A stretch of DNA of 38,640 bases from Acidimicrobiia bacterium. Its GTDB lineage: Bacteria; Actinomycetota; Acidimicrobiia; Acidimicrobiales; JBBRKR01. The notes under the pieces are model-generated. The model saw only the letters and a list, made by a program, of their open reading frames with translations. It ran no database searches and was not told the origin of the DNA. Shown in pieces: positions 16,773 to 24,380 of this stretch. The stretch lies in NCBI GenBank assembly GCA_043782545.1, contig JAYWAI010000156.1, forward strand, positions 1 to 38,640, read 5' to 3'. Numbering within the stretch: the first letter of the stretch is position 1; the number at the start of each line of letters is the position of its first letter. Both the position numbers and the translations under genes were made by a program.

Positions 16773-17105
16773 GTGGCTTATCGATCAGTAGAAACCATTA
16801 CGGCGTTCCGCAAGAGCGGACAGGTCGGCGAATCATGGCAACAGCACAGCGCGTGTCGAGGCCCGAACGCCGTAGTTTTTTTCCCGCCGAATCATTTCGA
16901 ACGTAAGGAAGAAAAGGCGACTCGTGAACACGAGGCAAAAGCGATTTGTGGGCTGTGCCCGGTGTGGCGCCAGTGCTTGCAATATGCGCTGGAAATACGC
17001 GAGCAACACGGCATTTGGGGAGGCAAAACCGAACTTGAGCGACGCCGCATGCTCGAGTCGGTCGGGCTATCAATGACCGGTGTGAGCGCCCACCGGGCAA
17101 GCTGA
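16773..17105 (+). CDS. WhiB-family Fe-S redox-sensing transcription factor
   Basis: Four-Cys pattern C..(n)..CGLCPVWRQC and GIWGGKTELERRRM C-terminal turn/basic motif. GTG 16773 is preceded by GGGAGGG (16761-16767) and is preferred over the ORF-track TTG 16725. Confidence 0.9.
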   Translation: MAYRSVETITAFRKSGQVGESWQQHSACRGPNAVVFFPPNHFERKEEKATREHEAKAICGLCPVWRQCLQYALEIREQHGIWGGKTELERRRMLESVGLSMTGVSAHRAS

Positions 17106-17112
17106 CACATCG

Positions 17113-18828
17113 CTAACGGTTGAGGCGGGGGCCGGCAATCCGTAAGTCGCCGCGACGGCGGGTAAATCCCTGTGCGTCGAGTTCGTTGAGCAACGGGATG
17201 AGGTATTTGCGGCTCGTGGCCAGTGCATCGCGCATCTCGGCTGCAGTGAATCCATCGGGCGCGGTGTGCAAGAGCGCACGTGCGGCGGCAGCAGCGGCGT
17301 CGATGGCGCTCGGCGAGAAGTAAATCCCCTCTCGCTCAACGACCAATTTCTTGCGCACCATTTCGCGCAGCTCGATTTTGTCGACGCCATCGGGAGCGGG
17401 TGGGGCGAACGGTTCGGCGGCAAGCCTGGCCAGGTACGGATGCCCAGCGAGCGGGTCGGGCTTGTGGCCAAAATTGGCTCGCCCGTTCGCGACCACGACA
17501 TCTTCGAGACCGTCCAAAATAAGCCGTTCACGTTCGTCCAGCAGCGCTATATCCATGCCGAATTGGCCTGAATCTCGTATGACATTCCGAATCTTTTCTG
17601 TAACGCGCGTTACCAAAGCGGGAGATGTGATCCAACGGCCGAGCGTAGGGGCACGGGTCTCGCCAGTGAGCCGGGTGAACTCGGCGGCGTCGATCCAGCC
17701 CCGCTCGGTGATCACATGCTCGGGGTCTTTCGTCGGGGTCGCTTTACTCGCCGGGCGGACGGGGGCGACATCCAGGATCTCTCCGCCGCCAACGGTTTCG
17801 TTACGGCCCGATTCCCGCAAAATGAAACGGTCGCCCGGCAACACCGTGACCGGTGCGTTGATGTGCAAGCGCACCGACCCGGTCGAGCCAGGTGTCAGCG
17901 ACTCGGAGCCCAGCACGCGCAACTTCGCCGCGTACTCGCCTGAGCCGATGTAGGCCTCGTAGGCGCCCCGGCGGCTCACCTTGTGGCCGAGGCTCCCCAA
18001 CACACTGAGCGAGGCGTCGAATCGCTGTGTGGCGTGCCACCGATCTGGCGTGACCAGCGCGTGGCCCCGTTCGAGTTCGTGGAAATCGATACCGGATAGA
18101 TTGACGGCCACACGATTGCCTGGCCCGACGTGTTCGACGGTTTCTTGGCGAGTTTGTATCGAGCGGATGCGAGCGGGTTTGTGGCCAGGTTCGCACAACA
18201 CGTAGTCGCCGACGTTGAAGGTGCCGTCGATAAGTGTGCCAGTCACCACAGTGCCGGAACCTTTGGCGGCGAAAACGCGATCGATCCACAGGCGTGGGCG
18301 GGCACGGTCGATTGCTGGGGGCGTGGTTTCGAGCAACTGGTCCAGCGCGGCGATGAGCGACGGCATGCCGAGGCCGGTGAGGGCTGAGATTGGCACCATT
18401 GGTGCGTCGGCCAAAAACGTCCCGGCGACTTGATCGGCGATGAGCAACTGCACAAGTTCGAGGTCGTCGGCGTCGACCGCGTCAGCTTTGGTGACCGCAA
18501 TCACACCGCGCCGAATGCCAAGCAAGTCAAGGATTCTGAGATGTTCTTCGCTTTGCGGTTTCCAGCCCTCTGTAGCGGCCACCACGAACACGCAAGCGTT
18601 CACCGATCCAACTCCGGCGAGCATGTTGCGCAGAAATTTTACGTGCCCAGGGACGTCGACGAATGACAGCGTGCGGCCACTTGGGAGGGTGGTCGACGCG
18701 AAGCCGAGGTCGATGGTGAGGCCGCGGCGTTTCTCCTCGGCGAAGCGGTCGGGGTCGGTACCGGTGAGGGCGAGCACGAGCGTGGACTTGCCGTGGTCCA
18801 CGTGGCCCGCGGTTGCGACGACGTGCAT
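17113..18828 (-). CDS. selB: Selenocysteine-specific translation elongation factor
   Basis: G-domain AGHVDHGKSTL, DVPGH, TKAD, followed by EF-Tu-like domains and a long C-terminal winged-helix extension. It lies 4 nt downstream of selA. Confidence 0.9.
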   Translation of the reverse strand: MHVVATAGHVDHGKSTLVLALTGTDPDRFAEEKRRGLTIDLGFASTTLPSGRTLSFVDVPGHVKFLRNMLAGVGSVNACVFVVAATEGWKPQSEEHLRILDLLGIRRGVIAVTKADAVDADDLELVQLLIADQVAGTFLADAPMVPISALTGLGMPSLIAALDQLLETTPPAIDRARPRLWIDRVFAAKGSGTVVTGTLIDGTFNVGDYVLCEPGHKPARIRSIQTRQETVEHVGPGNRVAVNLSGIDFHELERGHALVTPDRWHATQRFDASLSVLGSLGHKVSRRGAYEAYIGSGEYAAKLRVLGSESLTPGSTGSVRLHINAPVTVLPGDRFILRESGRNETVGGGEILDVAPVRPASKATPTKDPEHVITERGWIDAAEFTRLTGETRAPTLGRWITSPALVTRVTEKIRNVIRDSGQFGMDIALLDERERLILDGLEDVVVANGRANFGHKPDPLAGHPYLARLAAEPFAPPAPDGVDKIELREMVRKKLVVEREGIYFSPSAIDAAAAAARALLHTAPDGFTAAEMRDALATSRKYLIPLLNELDAQGFTRRRGDLRIAGPRLNR

Positions 18829-18832
18829 GTGG

Positions 18833-20137
18833 TTACCCGCCGAGGCTGGCGAGAGCGGCGCTCACGTAGGCGTCGTCGGCCGGGGCGATGGTGCGCATGT
18901 CGAGGATGGTGGTGTTGTTCTCGCAACGGGCGATGATCGGCCGATCGTTGAGCCGCAACGCTCGGGTGTGATCGCCCGGAATTGAGACGCCGACGCTTGG
19001 GATTTCGACGCCGGGAAGCGTGCCGGCGCCGGGCATTGACTGACACGGTGTCGGGATGCCGACGCCGAGAGCTTCAGCTCGCAGTTGCAGGTCATTCACA
19101 GGCAGCGAAGCCATATGCCAGAAGGGAATCGTGAGATGCGCGTCGCGCCGCAGGTAGGCCAGAGCAGTGCTTTGAAGCGCGGCGAGCACCATGCCGCCAG
19201 GCCGCAACGCTCGGGCCAGTGGGTGCCTCGCGCAACGGGCCACGAGGTCGGATCGGCCGGCAATGATGCCGGCTTGGGGACCGCCCAGAAGCTTGTCGCC
19301 ACTGAACATGATGAGATCCGCGCCGGCCTTCAACGTTTGTAGCGCGGCTGGCTCGTCGCGTAGCCAGGCGGGCGGGCCAGCGGGCAACCACGGGCATGCT
19401 GCGTCGAGGAGACCTGATCCAATGTCAGCGACTACGCACGGGCGGCTGTCGCCATACGTTGCCGCCAGGGTGGCGAGGCCGTGGATCGACGCCGATTCAG
19501 TGAAGCCCTCCACCACGTAGTTACTGGGGTGCACCTTGAGAAACATGGCCAGCGACTCGCCGAGACGATCTCTTGCCGTTTCGTAATCGGCGACTCGAGT
19601 GCGGTTTGTGGTGCCCACATCGACCAGAAATGCACGTGAAGTAGCTAACACTTCAGGCACGCGAAAACTGCCGCCAATTTCGACGGCCTCGCCGCGGCTC
19701 ACGGCCACGTGTTTGTCGGCGGCGAGCGAGGCGAGCACGAGTAAGACGGCTGCTGCGTTGTTGTTGACGACTACGGCAGCTTCGGCCCCGCATGCCCTGG
19801 CCAATAGCGACCCGGCATGATCGTGCCGATTTCCGCGTTGGCCGGTTTTCAAATCGAATTCGAGGTTGGCGTAAGCGGCCTCGCGCGGATGGGCGATCGG
19901 CGCCCGGCCCAGGTTGGTGTGCAGCAACACGCCAGTGGCGTTGATCACTGGTTGCAACAGGGATCGCTGGAGCTCGTGTGCTCGGCTTTTCGCTGAGGTC
20001 ACGTCGCCCGCCGCAATCGCGGATCGTGCGATGTCGACCAAAATTGGGTGAGGCAGACCGGTGTGAGCAAGCGACCGAGCTAGCGCGTCGACGCTCGGCG
20101 GGCGTGATGGTGATTCGCTTGACGGCGTCGACGACAT
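18833..20137 (-). CDS. selA: L-seryl-tRNA(Sec) selenium transferase
   Basis: FSGDKLLGGPQAGII PLP-lysine motif plus NNNAAAVLL. ATG 20137 (MSSTPS..) is preferred over the ORF-track start 20257, which would overlap the divergent NUDIX gene. TACGAT lies 6 nt upstream of ATG 20137. Confidence 0.9.
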   Translation of the reverse strand: MSSTPSSESPSRPPSVDALARSLAHTGLPHPILVDIARSAIAAGDVTSAKSRAHELQRSLLQPVINATGVLLHTNLGRAPIAHPREAAYANLEFDLKTGQRGNRHDHAGSLLARACGAEAAVVVNNNAAAVLLVLASLAADKHVAVSRGEAVEIGGSFRVPEVLATSRAFLVDVGTTNRTRVADYETARDRLGESLAMFLKVHPSNYVVEGFTESASIHGLATLAATYGDSRPCVVADIGSGLLDAACPWLPAGPPAWLRDEPAALQTLKAGADLIMFSGDKLLGGPQAGIIAGRSDLVARCARHPLARALRPGGMVLAALQSTALAYLRRDAHLTIPFWHMASLPVNDLQLRAEALGVGIPTPCQSMPGAGTLPGVEIPSVGVSIPGDHTRALRLNDRPIIARCENNTTILDMRTIAPADDAYVSAALASLGG

Positions 20138-20143
20138 AGGGGG

Positions 20144-20153
20144 ATCGTAGGCT
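20144..20153. promoter_or_regulatory. Putative back-to-back -10 boxes for the divergent leaderless selA and NUDIX genes
   Basis: The plus strand reads ATCGTAGGCT. This gives TACGAT on the minus strand (20144-20149) and TAGGCT on the plus strand (20148-20153), sharing the TA at 20148-20149. Each box lies exactly 6 nt from its ATG (20137 and 20160). Confidence 0.45.
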
Positions 20154-20159
20154 GCCGCC

Positions 20160-20936
20160 ATGGGTTTGCCTGACAACGTCGTGCCACAAGATGCCGCCAC
20201 GGTCATGTTGCTGCGTGACGGCCAAGCCGGTATCGAGGTGTTCATGATGCGCCGCAACTTGGATGCCGAATTCGTGGGTGGCGCCTACGTGTTTCCCGGC
20301 GGCAAGGTGGATCCCGATGACGGGTCGGATGCGGTGGAGCGACTGTGTATCGGGCTCGACGACGTGGAGGCGTCTCGACGACTGTCGTTGCCCCGTGGTG
20401 GACTGGCGTTTTGGGTGGCCGCCGTTCGCGAGTGTTTTGAAGAAGCGGGCGTGCTGTTGGCCGACGGCATCACCGACTACGCCGCGCTCGCGGTCTACCG
20501 CAAAACGGTGCATTCTGGCGAGGTGCGGCTGGCCGATATGTGCGAGACGGAGGGCCTGCTTTTGACCGTGGGTGGCATTCACTACCACAGCCATTGGATT
20601 ACTCCGATTGGTAGCCAGCGACGCTTTGACACTCGCTTTTTCGTGGCCCTGGTCCCGACGCAACAAACACCCGTGCATGACGACGCCGAGTTGATCGCGT
20701 CGATGTGGGTGCGTCCCATCGACGCGTTGGACATGTATGAGCGAGGCGAAATTTACTTGATCACGCCGACACACCGATCGCTCAGATCCCTTCTGCCGTA
20801 TGACTTTGCGGCTGATGCGGTGGGGGCCGCGGCTGCTCGCACCGATGTTGATGTAATACTTCCCCGCGTGGTGGACGAACCTGGCGGAATCCGAATTCTG
20901 ATCGCCGGCGATGTTGGCTACGAGGAGGCGTTGTGA
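20160..20936 (+). CDS. NUDIX hydrolase
   Basis: NUDIX box FPGGKVD...(x)...AAVRECFEEAGVLL. Its stop overlaps the start of the next gene (GTGA at 20933-20936). Confidence 0.85.
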   Translation: MGLPDNVVPQDAATVMLLRDGQAGIEVFMMRRNLDAEFVGGAYVFPGGKVDPDDGSDAVERLCIGLDDVEASRRLSLPRGGLAFWVAAVRECFEEAGVLLADGITDYAALAVYRKTVHSGEVRLADMCETEGLLLTVGGIHYHSHWITPIGSQRRFDTRFFVALVPTQQTPVHDDAELIASMWVRPIDALDMYERGEIYLITPTHRSLRSLLPYDFAADAVGAAAARTDVDVILPRVVDEPGGIRILIAGDVGYEEAL

Positions 20937-21793
20937 GGTCGACCGAGCATTCTTTGGTGTCGCCATTTCCCGCCAGTGACGAGCGGCTTAGCCCGCTAGT
21001 GCGTCGGCTTACGTGCCCGAATCCGGGCAAGATGACGGGGCCCGGCACCAACACCTACCTCATTGGTGAGCGGGAAGTAACGGTCGTGGACCCCGGCCCG
21101 GCCATGCACCCTGCGCACTGGGATCGTCTCGTGATCGCGGCCGGCGGGTCGAGCAACATCACTCGCATCGTGTGCACGCACACGCACCCGGATCACTCGC
21201 CGGGCGTGGCTGGGCTCAAAAAACTGGTGCCCCACGCGGAGGTGATGGCATTCGACGCCCGTGACGGTTTGACGATCGACACACCGCTTGCTGGCGGCGC
21301 ACTCATGGCGAACAGTGAGTACTCGATCGACGTGGTGCACACCCCAGGGCACGCGTCGAACCACTTGTGTTTCTTGTTGCGTGACGAGTCGCTGTTGTTT
21401 TCTGGTGACCATGTAATGGAGGGCTCGACGGTGGTGATTGGCCCGCCCGACGGCGATATGGCGGAGTACTTGGTGTCGCTCGACAAGGTGCAGGCTCTCG
21501 GCGTTGCCGCCATTGCCCCGGCACACGGTCGGATCATCGAGAACCCGCACGACTACGTGCAGACGTACATCACACACCGGCTGGAACGCGAGGCGCAGAT
21601 TCTGGAATGCGTCCGCAGCGGCCGCGCCACGACCATTCCCAAAATCGTGGCGGTGCTATATGCGCTCGTGCGCAAAGAACTCCACCCCGTGGCGGCCCGC
21701 TCTGTGGAAGCCCACCTCGTCAAACTCGCCAACGAGGGCCACGTCGTGCCCGGCTCCGACGCCACTTGGCTCCCCGCCGAGCACGCTCACTGA
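20933..21793 (+). CDS. MBL-fold metallo-hydrolase
   Basis: THTHPDHSPG (HxHxDH) motif, downstream HTPGH, and a C-terminal winged-helix-like tail. Translationally coupled to the NUDIX gene. Confidence 0.85.
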   Translation: MRSTEHSLVSPFPASDERLSPLVRRLTCPNPGKMTGPGTNTYLIGEREVTVVDPGPAMHPAHWDRLVIAAGGSSNITRIVCTHTHPDHSPGVAGLKKLVPHAEVMAFDARDGLTIDTPLAGGALMANSEYSIDVVHTPGHASNHLCFLLRDESLLFSGDHVMEGSTVVIGPPDGDMAEYLVSLDKVQALGVAAIAPAHGRIIENPHDYVQTYITHRLEREAQILECVRSGRATTIPKIVAVLYALVRKELHPVAARSVEAHLVKLANEGHVVPGSDATWLPAEHAH

Positions 21794-21819
21794 CCTTCCC
21801 CCAAGAGCGTGGCATAGCG

Positions 21820-22140
21820 CTACGCCCGTGGGGTACCGTCGTCGTTGAAGCCAGGGTTGAGTGCTACGACGGCGAAGAATTTTCCGGCGAGCCAAAAGGT
21901 GTTGCGAACGCCGTAGACGCGTTGCCCCGCCGCATCGTCGGCGGAAATCACATGCCAAGTTATTCCGTCTTGCGTATCGAAAAGCGACCACGCGCTGTCA
22001 TTGTGGAGAGTGAGTCCGTTCTTGGTGGTGGGTGCTGGTGCAGGTGGGGTGTTGGCAGTGTTGGTCGCGGTGTTCGACGAGTTTTCGGAGGTGTTCTGGG
22101 ATGGTGCGGTGGGTTCGTCCGATGTTGATGGGTGTGCCAC
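21820..22140 (-). CDS. Hypothetical small protein (Thr/Asn/Pro-rich N-terminal half, globular C-terminal half)
   Basis: 106-codon ORF with a GTG start and mostly G/C third positions. It is the only plausible ORF in the 550-bp gap between two convergent genes. No signal peptide or recognisable motif. Confidence 0.35.
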   Translation of the reverse strand: MAHPSTSDEPTAPSQNTSENSSNTATNTANTPPAPAPTTKNGLTLHNDSAWSLFDTQDGITWHVISADDAAGQRVYGVRNTFWLAGKFFAVVALNPGFNDDGTPRA

Positions 22141-22339
22141 TGGTTTCCCAGACTGATTGCAGTACCCCGTCGCACAACAGTGTGTTGCTCAGCGATTACC
22201 TCTCACACGCTTCGTCGACCAGCACTTCCATATCGATATTCGTACACCAGTACGATCAAAATCACAAAGGGTAAATCTGATCAAATCGACAGTTCGCTAG
22301 CGGCAATGGCAAACCCGCGGGTGTCGCGAGCATCAGGCG

Positions 22340-24100
22340 TCATTCGGCCGAGTCTTGGCCCAGTCGCAGCCACACGCACGCATCGGCGGCCACGAACCCA
22401 TTCACGAACGCGCCCGGAATCGAACCCAACAATGAAGCTCCAACTACCGGGCACGGCACCGCCGTTGCGCCCATGTTCAGCACCACGCCGATTGATTCTC
22501 GACGAAAGGCGAGCACGTCCTCCGAGCCGGTTTCAATCCATTCAAAATCCCCGGAAGCCAATTCCGGTAAGGCTCGCCGAAGATGCAACGCAGCGCGATA
22601 CGTCGCCCACGTGGATTCGGCATCGGCAATCTGATCTGCGTGGTTGAACGCCCGATACGACGTCGGCTGCGGCATCCACGAGTCTGGCGTTGTCATTGCC
22701 GAAAAGCCGTAGTTGGTGGTCGGATCACTCGTCCATGGCGTCGGCACCCGGCACCCGTCGCGGCCTCGAGCCATGTGGTTCGTGCGTTCCCAAATCGGAT
22801 CCTGCAACCGGTCTTCTGGAATGTCGAGCACCTCAAACAGGCCGAGTTCCTCGCCGTAATACAAGTAGTGCGAGCCGGGCAATGCCAACATCATCATGGC
22901 CATACTGCGAGCCCGACGCTGACCCACGGCTACGTCAACTGGCGAATCAACAGCCCGCAAATTGTTGTACGTGATCGACTCTTTGAGATGAGCGTTGGCA
23001 CGACCGTAGCGAGTCACGGAGCGTTGGGTGTCGTGGTTGTTCAGCGTCCAACTCAACGGCAACCCGCGTGCCGCCAACTCTTCGAAAGCAACTCGCATCG
23101 ATATGCGAACTGTCGGCGCGTGCCACGATGCCAGCATCAAGTCAAAGTGAAACGACTGATGCATCTGGCCGGGCCCGATATACGACGCCAATATGTCCCA
23201 AGTCGGCGTGTACGCCTCGGTTACAAAAGTCAGCACCCGACCGGGGTGCTCGCGCTCATAGGCGTCAGCCACCGCGCGCATACGCGTAAACACATCGTTG
23301 ACTTCCGGCCGGCAGACGACGTGCGGATTTTGCATGGCGATTTCCAACGGTGGAGTGTCGCTCGGCACAGGGGGAGCATCGGGGAGATCTGGATGCTTGC
23401 CTAGCAACGTGACAGCATCGACCCGAAAACCGTCCACGCCGCGGTCAAACCAGAAACGCAAAATTTCCTCAAACGCGTCTCCGACGGTGGGGTTGATCCA
23501 GTTGATGTCCGGTTGCTCTTTGGTGAACAGCGCCAGGTACCACTGGCCCGGTGTGCCATCTGGCTCGCTGACTCGATGCCACGCGCCGCCGCCAAACCAC
23601 GCCTGCCAATTGTTCGGAGGCAACTCACCATTGATGCCTTTGCCGTCGCGGAACCAAAAAAACTCACGAGCCGCCGAGCCGCGCCCAGCGGCTAACGCGT
23701 CGGTGAACCACTTGTGCTGATTGGAACAATGGTTGGGCACGATGTCCATCATGATGCGAATGCCAAACGAGTTGGCCTCAGCGATCATCTCGTCAAAGTC
23801 GGCGAGCGTGCCATAGTCGGGTTCGATATCGAGGTAATCGGCTATGTCGTAGCCGTGGTCGACTTGCGGCGACGGGTAGCACGGATTCAACCAAATCGCG
23901 TCGACTCCTAAGTCGGCCAAATATGGCAACTTGGAACGGATGCCAGCGATGTCGCCGATGCCATCACCATCGGCGTCGGCAAATGACCGAACGTACAACT
24001 GATACACCACCGCACGACGCCACCACTCCGTTGCCGCTTCGGAATCGGCTGGCAGGTTCCATGACGGAAGCGGTATTGCAAGACCTTCGTCGGTTGACAT
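22340..24100 (-). CDS. GH13 alpha-glucosidase / oligo-1,6-glucosidase-like enzyme
   Basis: YQLYVRSFADADGDGIGD, DAIWLNPCYPSPQVDHGYDIADY, GFRVDAV (nucleophile region), VTEAY, LNNHDTQR. TACCAT lies 8 nt upstream of ATG 24100. Confidence 0.9.
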   Translation of the reverse strand: MSTDEGLAIPLPSWNLPADSEAATEWWRRAVVYQLYVRSFADADGDGIGDIAGIRSKLPYLADLGVDAIWLNPCYPSPQVDHGYDIADYLDIEPDYGTLADFDEMIAEANSFGIRIMMDIVPNHCSNQHKWFTDALAAGRGSAAREFFWFRDGKGINGELPPNNWQAWFGGGAWHRVSEPDGTPGQWYLALFTKEQPDINWINPTVGDAFEEILRFWFDRGVDGFRVDAVTLLGKHPDLPDAPPVPSDTPPLEIAMQNPHVVCRPEVNDVFTRMRAVADAYEREHPGRVLTFVTEAYTPTWDILASYIGPGQMHQSFHFDLMLASWHAPTVRISMRVAFEELAARGLPLSWTLNNHDTQRSVTRYGRANAHLKESITYNNLRAVDSPVDVAVGQRRARSMAMMMLALPGSHYLYYGEELGLFEVLDIPEDRLQDPIWERTNHMARGRDGCRVPTPWTSDPTTNYGFSAMTTPDSWMPQPTSYRAFNHADQIADAESTWATYRAALHLRRALPELASGDFEWIETGSEDVLAFRRESIGVVLNMGATAVPCPVVGASLLGSIPGAFVNGFVAADACVWLRLGQDSAE

Positions 24101-24192
24101 GGCTGCGAATGGTAGAGCACGGCCGAGTCAATTTGAGGTCGATCGCACAGAAATCGAGGCTGATGCAGGTCAAATCGAATTCGCTTCTCGTA

Positions 24193-24223
24193 TTGCAATT
24201 GTGTTTCACATTTTTGATAGTTT
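24193..24223 (+). promoter_or_regulatory. Candidate promoter of the amylosucrase operon (TTGCAA, 17 nt, GATAGT/TAGTTT) in an AT-rich patch
   Basis: TTGCAA at 24193-24198; GATAGT at 24216-24221, overlapping TAGTTT at 24218-23. It lies immediately upstream of the inverted repeat at 24224-24249. Confidence 0.3.
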
Positions 24224-24249
24224 CGTGGAAGTTTCCATGAACTTCCACG
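24224..24249. promoter_or_regulatory. Perfect 10-bp inverted repeat CGTGGAAGTT-TCCATG-AACTTCCACG (candidate operator)
   Basis: Read directly from the sequence. It lies between the divergent GH13 genes. It contains two copies of the CGTGGAA core that also recurs in the 29623-29822 intergenic region. The inner TGGAA-GT-TTCCA is itself palindromic. Confidence 0.6.
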
Positions 24250-24296
24250 CTTTCGAACAGCGAGGTGGCATACCTGGACGAAAACTAGGGGAGAGC

Positions 24297-24380
24297 ATGT
24301 CGAAGGCCAACCAGGGCTGCAGCGAGGTCGCGCACTGTCGGCACGCGCTCGTCGTGAAGCGTCAAGGGCGCTCGCTGTGA
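24297..24380 (+). CDS. Possible 27-codon leader ORF (MSKANQGCSEVAHCRHALVVKRQGRSL), stop-start coupled to the amylosucrase gene
   Basis: ATG 24297 is preceded by AGGGGAG (24287-24293). Its TGA (24378-24380) overlaps the amylosucrase GTG (24377-24379) as GTGA. G/C-rich third positions. No homology evidence. Confidence 0.3.
   Translation: MSKANQGCSEVAHCRHALVVKRQGRSL

Noticed and set aside
16759-16791. 10-codon uORF (MGGFGWLIDQ) overlapping the whiB start.
   Set aside because: Its ATG overlaps the GGGAGGG that serves as the whiB SD and has no SD of its own. It is more simply explained as chance.
19653-20966. 437-aa minus-strand ORF spanning the selA 5' end and the whole NUDIX gene. Similar long antisense ORFs occur at 258-731, 1378-1947, 10668-11294, 17801-18289, 20996-21577 and 26621-27169.
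   Set aside because: The translations are Arg/Gly/His-rich and low-complexity. They have no motifs and lie antisense to ORFs with clear family signatures. These are typical stop-poor shadow frames of GC-rich DNA.
22141-22299. In-frame TGA (22189-22191, minus strand) upstream of the small ORF 21820-22140, considered as a selenocysteine codon because selA/selB are nearby.
   Set aside because: The upstream in-frame translation (LIRFTLCDFDRTGVRISIWKCWSTKRVRGNR) looks non-coding. It has no good start, and no SECIS-like hairpin follows the TGA.
22411-22432. T-loop-like GGAATCGAACCC sequence, considered as a possible tRNA or the missing tRNA-Sec (selC).
   Set aside because: It lies inside the well-supported alpha-glucosidase CDS. 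I could not build an acceptor, D or anticodon stem around it.
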